Assembly: GCA_003553085.1 (NCBI GenBank)
Contig: PUPH01000117.1
Location: forward strand, 1-48,382
Source: Thermoplasmata archaeon
GTDB lineage: Archaea > Thermoplasmatota > Thermoplasmata > Halarchaeoplasmatales > Halarchaeoplasmataceae
Length of the DNA: 48,382 nt
Direction: 5' to 3'
Both the position numbers and the translations under genes were made by a program. How positions within the stretch are numbered: the first letter of the stretch is position 1; each line of letters begins with the position of its first letter. This document shows, piece by piece, positions 1-8,376 of the stretch. The notes beneath the pieces are model-generated. The model searched no databases. It saw only the letters and a list, made by a program, of their open reading frames with translations, and was not told where the DNA came from.

Positions 1-119
1 GAGTTTCAGAAAACAATCCAGAAACTCTTCAATCGGTTTAGCAAAAAGAACACCTTCGCTAAAGGATGGATTAAAAAGTTCTACTCAAAAATAACATATT
101 AGTTATGTCTAAGACTATA
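1..119 (+). mobile_element. Right end of an IS630-like insertion sequence (transposase C-terminus at 1-102, truncated by the window edge)
   Basis: Frame 1 reads EFQKTIQKLFNRFSKKNTFAKGWIKKFYSKITY* (TAG 100-102), resembling from memory the C-terminal 'FAKxWIxKF' of archaeal IS630 transposases. It is followed by ACTATA (114-119), which fits an IS630 terminus with a TA target. The region is AT-rich. Confidence 0.6.
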
Positions 120-240
120 ATGTGTGGGAGATGATGCTAGAGGTGGAAGGAATTTATACTAATCCTTTGTTTATCAAATAGATATATACTATTAAATACA
201 GAGCAATAATAAACCGCCAAGATACATGTTCCCATTATCT

Positions 241-390
241 CTAAAATTCTACGTCTTCTTCAGCATCCTCCTCATCGCTGAATATGGGTAAGGTTTCATT
301 CTTTATCGATACGAATATGACTAGCGATACCGTCGCTATCACGATAACCGAAAATATCAGCCAGAACAGGAGGTCATGGGTATATTACAT
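241..390 (-). pseudogene. Possible small single-TM protein with acidic tail, interrupted by a stop at codon 2
   Basis: Minus frame: ATG(390-388) TAA then YTHDLLFWLIFSVIVIATVSLVIFVSIKNETLPIFSDEEDAEEDVEF* (TAG 243-241). Absent from the ORF track. Confidence 0.3.
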
Positions 391-403
391 CGTCCCTTTG
401 TGT

Positions 404-1036
404 CTAATACTGATGTCGCTTGATATGAGCACACGCATAAGAGACCGGCAATCCATATAGAACATCTTCTCGATGAGATCCGATGGTATATCCCATTGAC
501 TCCAGTTCTTCTACCACGTCAATGGGTACGCAGTCTATGTGATCGGGAAAGCGTTCCTGGATCGTTTCATATATATCTCTCATCACGGACTTACTCCGGG
601 AGGATAAGCACAACACGCATATCCTTCCCCTAGGTTTGAGCACTCGACTTATGTTTCCTAGTAGTTTTCTTCTGTCCTCTTCGTGGAACAGCTCAAGACT
701 GAAGCTCATCAATACAGCATCGAACACGTTCTCGGAAAAGGGTATGGACAGTGCGTCCGCCAGGATCAGATCCGTCCGTCCATGATCGCATGTTTTGACC
801 AACCGTTCCTTTGCTTTAGATATCATCACTGGAGAGATATCTAAGCCGCATACGCTGCCTTCTTCTCCGACCTGTTCAGCCATGCGCGCCATGGAATGAC
901 CCGTACCGACGCCGATCTCCAGCACGTTCTCACCGTACTGTACATCCATCATGTCCAGTATCCGTTCTCTGCTATCGCTTTTGAAAGATTCTTCAAGTAC
1001 AGAGTATATTCCGCTGATGCGATCGTATTCAGCCAC
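404..1036 (-). CDS. Class I SAM-dependent methyltransferase (UbiE/Methyltransf_11-like)
   Basis: VLEIGVGTG motif I, GLDISPVM, ADALSIPFSENVFDAV, RVLKPRG. Confidence 0.85.
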   Translation of the reverse strand: MAEYDRISGIYSVLEESFKSDSRERILDMMDVQYGENVLEIGVGTGHSMARMAEQVGEEGSVCGLDISPVMISKAKERLVKTCDHGRTDLILADALSIPFSENVFDAVLMSFSLELFHEEDRRKLLGNISRVLKPRGRICVLCLSSRSKSVMRDIYETIQERFPDHIDCVPIDVVEELESMGYTIGSHREDVLYGLPVSYACAHIKRHQY

Positions 1037-1166
1037 GGTAGTAGAAAGTGTCGGTAGAACATATAAATCTGTTCTCCCATTTCAGAAGGATGTGATGCAA
1101 AAGTTATAATACCCCCTGTAATTTCGAGAACATGTGCCCGTTTGGGCAATATTTAAAGGTGGTATC

Positions 1167-2438
1167 ATGGCAAGGACAAAATTATCGGATGATAGAGACC
1201 TCACAGAGGAGCAGCGACTTTTCAAAGAGAGTTTACTCGAGTGGGCTGAAAGAAACATGCCTCTGGACAGGGTCATAAAGATGAACAGAGAAGGTCACCC
1301 ATATCCTAGAGAGTTGATAAAGGGGTTGGCTGACCTGGGTGTGATCATGGGAACCGTACCTGAAGAGCGCGGTGGTATGGGACTAACGTGGAAGGATCAG
1401 GCATTGATAGCTGATATCATAGGATATATCGACCCGAGTATCGCCACCGCCGCAGGGTTCATGGCCGTCGAGACCGGTTGGGGATTCACCATCGATCGCC
1501 ATGCTAACGATGAAATACGAAAGAAATACGTTCAACCCGCCATACGCGGTGATAAGTTCATCGGAATAGCAACCACCGAACCCGGTGGAGGTTCTGATGT
1601 AGCCAACTTCAAATGTACAGGTGAAAAGGATGGGGATGAATGGGTCCTCAACGGAGAGAAGACCTTCATAAGCGGTGTCGAGGAGGCTAAACAGATAGGC
1701 GGAGGATACTGGGTAAACGTAAGGACCGGTGAGAAAGTACCCGGCGCAGCACACAAGAACATGACAGCTTTCTTCGTGCCCATCGATTCAGAGGGATTGA
1801 CCCCGACCGAACCCTACGACGACGCTGGAAGGAACTCCATATCGACAGGCGGGTTCATCATGGAAGATGTCCGTGTTCCCGAGGAATACATGCTCGGTGA
1901 AAAGGATAAAGGATTCTACTATACCATGGAAGGTTTCGACAACGCAAGGATACTTATCGGTGCCAGTGCAGTGGGCGTCACCCGCAGAATACTGGAAGAG
2001 GCTGCTGATTATATAAAGGAACGAGAGGTCTTTGGATCTCCGTTAGCCAAGTACGAAGGTATCCAATTCGAATTCGTCGAGAGGTACACCGAGATGGAAG
2101 CCAGCAGACTGATGGTGAACAAAGTAGCGGACATGCAGGATACCCGGTACGACGAAGAAGGATGGGCGGAAAGGAGCGGAAAAGCAAAAACTTACAGCCC
2201 AACAGAGATAGCCAAGTGGATCTCCATGATAAAATACAAAGTACCACATCTGGCTAAAGACACTGCTGACGATGCGATGCACTGGCTCGGAGCCGCAGGC
2301 TACAGTTCCGAATACATATTCGAAACGGCCTGGCGCGGTGTCATGTCTTACTGTGTAGGCGCCGAGGGCGGAGCCAACATACAGAAGATCGTCATCGGCA
2401 GAGAGACGCTGGGTAAGGATTACGTACCCTACAAATAA
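1167..2438 (+). CDS. Acyl-CoA dehydrogenase
   Basis: ATTEPGGGSD, LNGEKTFIS, REVFGSPL..EGIQF, GAAGYS, catalytic Glu region GAEGG. Start moved to ATG 1167 after a GGTGG SD-like site. Confidence 0.93.
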   Translation: MARTKLSDDRDLTEEQRLFKESLLEWAERNMPLDRVIKMNREGHPYPRELIKGLADLGVIMGTVPEERGGMGLTWKDQALIADIIGYIDPSIATAAGFMAVETGWGFTIDRHANDEIRKKYVQPAIRGDKFIGIATTEPGGGSDVANFKCTGEKDGDEWVLNGEKTFISGVEEAKQIGGGYWVNVRTGEKVPGAAHKNMTAFFVPIDSEGLTPTEPYDDAGRNSISTGGFIMEDVRVPEEYMLGEKDKGFYYTMEGFDNARILIGASAVGVTRRILEEAADYIKEREVFGSPLAKYEGIQFEFVERYTEMEASRLMVNKVADMQDTRYDEEGWAERSGKAKTYSPTEIAKWISMIKYKVPHLAKDTADDAMHWLGAAGYSSEYIFETAWRGVMSYCVGAEGGANIQKIVIGRETLGKDYVPYK

Positions 2439-2450
2439 ACGGGTGAGCCT

Positions 2451-3245
2451 TTGAGGTTCGTAGTCTGTGTAAAACAGGTACCGGATACCACCGAGATAGA
2501 AGTGGACGAGGAAACGGGCACCATAATAAGAGAAGGTGTCCCTTCCGTCCTTAACGCCTTCGACGAGTTCGCTCTGAATCTTGCCGTCGAACTCAAGAAC
2601 GAGGTGGAAGAAGATGTGGAGATCGTTGCTTTGAGCATGGGTCCACCCCAAGCAAAAGAAGCCCTGAACAAGTGTTTGGCCATAGGAGCGGATCGTGCTG
2701 TTCTCCTAACAGATATGGTCTTTGCCGGAGCCGACACATGGGCTACATCGGTAACACTCTCCAGAGCGATAAAGAATATCGGAAAGACCGATATCGTATT
2801 CATGGGTCAGGAAGCCTCAGACGGTAACACCGCACAGGTGGGACCTGAAGTCGCGGCTCATATGGGTATCCCTCAGCTGACCTTTGTGACCGAGGTGGAA
2901 TCTGTAAACAATTCCCATGTCGTTGCAAAGAAAGAGACCGACGAAGGTTTTGTCAGGATAAAGTGTGAGACTCCGGTTATGATCGCTTGCATGCCGACAC
3001 CTGGTTTCGAGCCTAGGATACCGAACATCCGTGAGATAATGAAGGCTAAGAAGAAGGAGTACCAAGAATGGAGTCATGAAGATCTGGGTGGTGACCCTTC
3101 GGAATATGGTCTGGATGGATCGGAGAGTGTGGTTATAAAGACCTATTCACCACCTCCGAAAGGAGAGGGGATCATAGTGGACGACGAACCGGAAGTAGCC
3201 GTTAAAAAGCTGATGGACTTCTTCGAAGACGAGGGGATACTATGA
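2451..3245 (+). CDS. etfB: Electron transfer flavoprotein beta subunit
   Basis: VCVKQVPD, LSMGPP, FAGADTWATS, GQEASDGNTAQVGP. Confidence 0.95.
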   Translation: MRFVVCVKQVPDTTEIEVDEETGTIIREGVPSVLNAFDEFALNLAVELKNEVEEDVEIVALSMGPPQAKEALNKCLAIGADRAVLLTDMVFAGADTWATSVTLSRAIKNIGKTDIVFMGQEASDGNTAQVGPEVAAHMGIPQLTFVTEVESVNNSHVVAKKETDEGFVRIKCETPVMIACMPTPGFEPRIPNIREIMKAKKKEYQEWSHEDLGGDPSEYGLDGSESVVIKTYSPPPKGEGIIVDDEPEVAVKKLMDFFEDEGIL

Positions 3246-4438
3246 TAGAGATACACGAAGACAAATGTATCGGCTGCGAAAAATGTTTGAAAACCTGTCC
3301 CGTGGACGCCCTGAAGATGAAGGAGGGAGTAGCGAAGGTGGATGAAGGATTATGCATATCATGCAGCGCATGCATACCCGCCTGCCCAGTGGACGCTATC
3401 GAACCTATCTTGAAGGCAAGTAAAGCGGCATCTGCCGACTACAGCGGTGTATGGGTGTTCGCTGAGCAGCACGACGACCGGTGCAGACCCACAGGACCCG
3501 AGCTGCTGGGTAAAGGTCGTGAACTAGCCGACGAATTGGGAGAAGAACTGTGTGCTGTTTTACTGGGTAGTGATGTTGGCAAGTTGTCTGATGAGCTGAT
3601 AGCTTATGGTGCGGAGAAGGTGTACGTGGTGGATGATAAGATACTGGAGAACTATACCACCGAAGCATACACGACCGCACTGGTCACACTTATCTCGAAG
3701 TACAAACCGAGTGTATTCATTTTCGGAGCCACACACCTGGGACGAGACTTAGCACCTTCAGTGGCCGGACGCATGGGCCTTGGTCTGACCGCGGACTGTA
3801 CCGGCCTGTCCATAACTGAAGTCGAAGATGTCAAGGTGCTGTTACAGACCCGACCCGCTTTCGGTGGAAACGTGATGGCGGACATAGTATGTCCCAACAC
3901 AAGACCGCAGATGGCGACCGTTAGACCACACGTGATGCAGCCGCTGGAACCGGATCCTGAAAGGGATGGAGAAGTCATCCAAGAACATGTCAAGATCTCA
4001 CCCGAATCCATCAAAACCGAGATACTGGAGATCATGGAGCACGAAGATTCCGGAGAGATATCGGTGGAGGAAGCCGATGTCGTTGTAACCGGCGGCCGAG
4101 GTGCAGGCGGAGAAGAAGGCTTCAAGATGCTCAGAGAATTAGCGAAAGCACTGGGAGGCACAGTGGGATGCAGCCGTCCGATAGTAGAGGAAGGTATGAT
4201 GTCGAAATCACATCAGGTCGGCCAGAGTGGTAAGACCATCTCTCCGGAGCTATACATCGTATGCGGAGTTTCAGGAGCGGTGCAACACAGAGTCGGCGTA
4301 AGAGGATCAAAGTACATAATCGCGATAAACAAGGATCCTAAGGCACCCATATTCGACATGGCTGATTTCGGTATAGTCGGCGACGCGTCCAAGATGATAC
4401 CGATGCTCATAGAAAAGGTGAAGGAAAAGACCTGTTAG
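3242..4438 (+). CDS. etfA: Electron transfer flavoprotein alpha subunit with N-terminal 2x[4Fe-4S] ferredoxin domain
   Basis: Two CxxCxxCxxxCP motifs at the N-terminus; GLTADCT, TRPAFGG, QVGQSGK, GVSGAVQH, AINKDP. Overlaps etfB by 4 bp (ATGA). Confidence 0.95.
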   Translation: MIEIHEDKCIGCEKCLKTCPVDALKMKEGVAKVDEGLCISCSACIPACPVDAIEPILKASKAASADYSGVWVFAEQHDDRCRPTGPELLGKGRELADELGEELCAVLLGSDVGKLSDELIAYGAEKVYVVDDKILENYTTEAYTTALVTLISKYKPSVFIFGATHLGRDLAPSVAGRMGLGLTADCTGLSITEVEDVKVLLQTRPAFGGNVMADIVCPNTRPQMATVRPHVMQPLEPDPERDGEVIQEHVKISPESIKTEILEIMEHEDSGEISVEEADVVVTGGRGAGGEEGFKMLRELAKALGGTVGCSRPIVEEGMMSKSHQVGQSGKTISPELYIVCGVSGAVQHRVGVRGSKYIIAINKDPKAPIFDMADFGIVGDASKMIPMLIEKVKEKTC

Positions 4439-5646
4439 AACATGAAGAACGTGCCGGTCACCAGCAGCCAAATTATGACTGCTGATATCAGCATGGTGAA
4501 TGCAGCAGCAGCCCGCATATAGAATCTTTTCATGTCCGCTTTAAAGTACTCCAAAGTGAGGATTATACACAGGTGTATGGGAGATACCAGATATCCCATC
4601 ATTACGAACAAAAATATGGCGGCGACTACTTGAAAATTAGGATCGGGGACCATCTCCACGAATATGGGGAAGCTTATACCTGCCGCCGCGGGAAGGTGAC
4701 CCACGAGTAGTCCGATGGCAAAAGCGGCGACCAATATCACGAACACTAGAGGTACCCGCCCTTCGAGTATCTCCACCAGAGGTAATAACACGCCCGTCCT
4801 TTCGATCACACCTTTGAACATCATTATACCCAGACCGGCCATGAACAATCGTGTAGAGAGCCCTTTTCGAAGGACGTTGGGGATTTGAGCTAGCTCGTAA
4901 TGTGCACGGTTCTGCAGTAAGAGTATCATCACCGCAAATAAAAGACATAGGAAAAGAGGGACTCCAAACAATCCATTCAAAACTAAAGCCACTATTATGG
5001 GCAAAAAGTCGAGTATCAGATGTGAAATCTTGGCGATACCGTCGATCTTATCCTTCTTCACCTCGATCCTTCCTAGACCAAAAATAACACCTGCGGTTAT
5101 GTGAACGATGAATATGGGTATGTTGAAGAGTACGATGTAATATAGGTTCACCCCCATAACACTGGCTGCGATTATCAATCCGAGTTCAAGGGGATATATA
5201 GAGAACCATGCATGCCTGAACCACCAATTTAGAAAAGTTTTGTGGACCGGGTCTAGACCAAGATCGTCGCCCTCTTTATCGATCATAGGTGCAGAGACAA
5301 GAGCTCCACCTGGCATGGGCAGTAGTCCGAATATCGCTGGTATCGAAGCTATGACCATCCTCCGGTCGGGAACCGCCAGTCGCAGTTCCTTTATTATCCT
5401 GCCCACCTGTCCGGAATCACGATAGATAAAACCCATCAAGCCTATCAGCAATATGACGACAACCAGATTTATGGTCTCGTGCTCCACCAATATGTCTCGT
5501 ACCCAGACCAGTGATGTGAACGATGGTTCGGATGTCAGTAGTAGTACGGCGGTAGCGGCTAGTAAGGCCAGACCAAAATCGATCTTTCTCGATATCAAGA
5601 TCCCAAGGACTATGAATGCTACCCCTACACCGATCAACGAGTACAT
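4435..5646 (-). CDS. DUF401-like integral membrane protein (putative transporter, IT superfamily)
   Basis: About 10 hydrophobic helices; GLLPMPGGALVSAP, NWWFRH, SPIHLC motifs. Confidence 0.8.
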   Translation of the reverse strand: MYSLIGVGVAFIVLGILISRKIDFGLALLAATAVLLLTSEPSFTSLVWVRDILVEHETINLVVVILLIGLMGFIYRDSGQVGRIIKELRLAVPDRRMVIASIPAIFGLLPMPGGALVSAPMIDKEGDDLGLDPVHKTFLNWWFRHAWFSIYPLELGLIIAASVMGVNLYYIVLFNIPIFIVHITAGVIFGLGRIEVKKDKIDGIAKISHLILDFLPIIVALVLNGLFGVPLFLCLLFAVMILLLQNRAHYELAQIPNVLRKGLSTRLFMAGLGIMMFKGVIERTGVLLPLVEILEGRVPLVFVILVAAFAIGLLVGHLPAAAGISFPIFVEMVPDPNFQVVAAIFLFVMMGYLVSPIHLCIILTLEYFKADMKRFYMRAAAAFTMLISAVIIWLLVTGTFFMF

Positions 5647-5690
5647 CGAAGGAAAGCGGGGTTAAGAGGTATAAAATAATTTCCCAATCG

Positions 5691-6485
5691 CTACAATATA
5701 TCTAGGAGGTCGATGTCCGCACCGGAAACTAGGGCGTACTTGCCTTCGTTGCCGCAGTAACCGGGTATAGAAAATATAGACAACAGTTTGGAATCGAAGA
5801 ACCACTTGTATCCCTTTTTGAAGCACTGATGGCCTCGGATTATTCGCCGAAGCGCGTTCCTTTCTAGAAATCTGCGTACTGCATCCGAACCGTAGCATTT
5901 ACACACACCCCTATACAGATTCGGTGTGTAACCTGGATCGGACCCCGTTGGGTCATTCCATAACAACTCCTGGTATGCAGGGTCGGACTGAACCAACTCA
6001 TGGATATTCCAGACATATTTCAAACCCTCAGCAGGGCCTCCGTGTACAAGAAGATCACTTTCATCGATCACCGCCGCTACGGGAAGTGAATTATAAAATT
6101 TAGATATATTTTCGTATGCACTTTCAGAGTACTTGGAAACCAACTCTCTGTGAAAGCCGTACTTATGGTTGATACGGACGGTCTCGTGGTTACCCCTTAA
6201 AAGGATGATGTCTTCAGGCCGCTCTAACTTGTGCCTAAGAAGATACACAAGGTTCTCTATCTGTTGTGCACCTCTGTCCACATAATCGCCCAGGAATATC
6301 AGAGGTAAGTTTTCATCCAAGGAACGTTCGATCACGAAACGTGACACGTCCAGGTAACCATGTGTGTCCGCCACTACCATGTACTCGTTCCATCGCCGTT
6401 CAACTAGGTTCCCATCTGTTATGGCATCAGCTCTTTGGATCAGCTCTACGAACTCGTTTTCAGGCGGGGATAAGCTCACAGACAT
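5691..6485 (-). CDS. PPP-family Ser/Thr protein phosphatase (PP1/PP2A-like)
   Basis: ADTHG, GDYVDRG, RGNHE, HGG, LLWNDP, IIRGHQ, SIFSIPGYCG. Confidence 0.9.
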   Translation of the reverse strand: MSVSLSPPENEFVELIQRADAITDGNLVERRWNEYMVVADTHGYLDVSRFVIERSLDENLPLIFLGDYVDRGAQQIENLVYLLRHKLERPEDIILLRGNHETVRINHKYGFHRELVSKYSESAYENISKFYNSLPVAAVIDESDLLVHGGPAEGLKYVWNIHELVQSDPAYQELLWNDPTGSDPGYTPNLYRGVCKCYGSDAVRRFLERNALRRIIRGHQCFKKGYKWFFDSKLLSIFSIPGYCGNEGKYALVSGADIDLLDIL

Positions 6486-6496
6486 CTGTAGATATC

Positions 6497-8326
6497 TTAC
6501 CTCGAATCTACAATGTCCTTCACTTCTTTTAACCTTTTGTCGGCTAGATGCTGAATATCCTCACACTCTTCGAGAACGGTTTCCACATACTCCTGGTCCT
6601 TCATATCGGCTAGGTTTATCTTCACGTTCGCTATCCCACCGACGACACCGGCGTAGGCCATCTGCGCACCGACTGTGGCATCGCTGAGCGCACCCTTCTT
6701 ACCGTGTTCGGCTGCATCCAGCATCAACTCGATCACCTCTGCAGACATCTTGGCGGTATCCAGCGGTACCTGTACGGCATGTTTCAAACCTTTGTCCATG
6801 GCCCTCTTACGCTTATCACGCTGCTCTTTGGTAGATCTGGGCATCTGTTTGGCTTCCATGTAAGCATCGAACGCCCTGGTATCTTCATCGACGGCTTCCA
6901 ACAATCTCTGCTTCAGTTCCTGTACTCCATCGGCCACTGGCATCAGTATCGGATCGACATCTTCGGTACCGCGTCCACCGGTACTAAGGTTGCATACCAT
7001 GGAACATAGTGCGGCACCTAAGGAACCCGACAGTGCGGCTATGCTTCCACCACCGGGTGTAGAGGAATCACGTGAAACCTCGTGCACGAACTCATCCACT
7101 TTCATGGAGGCGAGTGCATCGTCAGGTATCCATGGCGCACCGATCACCTTGGATTCTATATCGAACTCGGAAACATCCCTCAACCCCAGTGATTGTATGG
7201 CAGTTTCAACAACATCCCACCATGGTACTCCCGTGGGTTGACCCTGTTTTTCGAGATAATATCTTCCGGATTCCATCAGTGCTTGATATGGGACCAAGCC
7301 CACTATCTCGCTGCCTGTTACCGTTACACCCATATCTCTAGCTATCTTCTTGGACTCTTCGTACACATCGTGGATGGACGTCTCTTTATAATTGGTCAGA
7401 TTGATGGATACCTGAGCCCGATTGAAATCATCCACGTACCACCCTATGGCTTTGCAGTGGCTGAATTTTCCCCTCTTCTTTACCGCCTTACCCTCTAGAT
7501 CCGTAACGTCGTAATCGTAATCCTTCTCCAGGAACTCTTTGAGGTCATATCCGTGCTCCTCCTGGGTATGCTCTCTTATGTCTTCGAATGTGCTCTCCAG
7601 ATGGTCGCATTCGCCGCATGGATATCTGTCCTTGGAATATCGAACTATGTTCCCCTTCCAATAGTGGTCGTCAGGTGATCCCTCTCTCTTCGATCTTCCC
7701 CGATCCCTAAGCTCGAAGGCGATGTCCCATGCGATCTTTGTATTCCGAGTGTTCAGATCGATGTTGTAAGCTATCAAAAACTCCCTAGCACCGATCACTG
7801 TCGCACCGGTCTTTTTAACTCTATCGTTCCACTCCGCCGGGCCGAAATCCGGCTCCCAATCCGGATCAACGAGTTTGTCCTCTAAACCCTCGTATTCTCC
7901 CGATCTGACGGTTGCCAGGTTCCTACGCTTTTCCTCTGTAGCAGCTTCTTCATAAAGGTAAATTGGTATGTTCAGTTCTTCACCGACTCTCTTACCGACC
8001 TCTTTAGCTATATCCACACAATCGTCCATGGTCACCCCTTTCACAGGTACGAAGGGGCACACGTCGGTTGCACCCATACGAGGATGACTCCCCTCGTGCT
8101 TGCTCATGTCGATGACCTCTGCGGCCTTCTTTATCCCACGGAACGCCGCTTCTTTCACCGATCCTGGTTCTCCGATAAAGGTGACCACTGTTCTGTTCAT
8201 ATCCGCTCCCATATCTATGTCTTTGAGCTCCACTCCTTCCACCGCTTCTATCTCTGCGGTTATCTCATGGATCATTCCCTTGTCTTTTCCTTCGGAGAAG
8301 TTCGGTACACATTCTACTATCTTCAT
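6497..8326 (-). CDS. ftcD: Fused glutamate formiminotransferase / formiminotetrahydrofolate cyclodeaminase
   Basis: ECVPNFSEG, HPRMGATDVCPF, GSEIVGLVP (FT domain); TPGGGSIAAL, VDEDTRAF, NVKINL (CD domain). Confidence 0.93.
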   Translation of the reverse strand: MKIVECVPNFSEGKDKGMIHEITAEIEAVEGVELKDIDMGADMNRTVVTFIGEPGSVKEAAFRGIKKAAEVIDMSKHEGSHPRMGATDVCPFVPVKGVTMDDCVDIAKEVGKRVGEELNIPIYLYEEAATEEKRRNLATVRSGEYEGLEDKLVDPDWEPDFGPAEWNDRVKKTGATVIGAREFLIAYNIDLNTRNTKIAWDIAFELRDRGRSKREGSPDDHYWKGNIVRYSKDRYPCGECDHLESTFEDIREHTQEEHGYDLKEFLEKDYDYDVTDLEGKAVKKRGKFSHCKAIGWYVDDFNRAQVSINLTNYKETSIHDVYEESKKIARDMGVTVTGSEIVGLVPYQALMESGRYYLEKQGQPTGVPWWDVVETAIQSLGLRDVSEFDIESKVIGAPWIPDDALASMKVDEFVHEVSRDSSTPGGGSIAALSGSLGAALCSMVCNLSTGGRGTEDVDPILMPVADGVQELKQRLLEAVDEDTRAFDAYMEAKQMPRSTKEQRDKRKRAMDKGLKHAVQVPLDTAKMSAEVIELMLDAAEHGKKGALSDATVGAQMAYAGVVGGIANVKINLADMKDQEYVETVLEECEDIQHLADKRLKEVKDIVDSR

Positions 8327-8376
8327 GATCGAACACCGTTGGATGAAATATGGGAGGGTTAAAAAGGTTTACCGTC

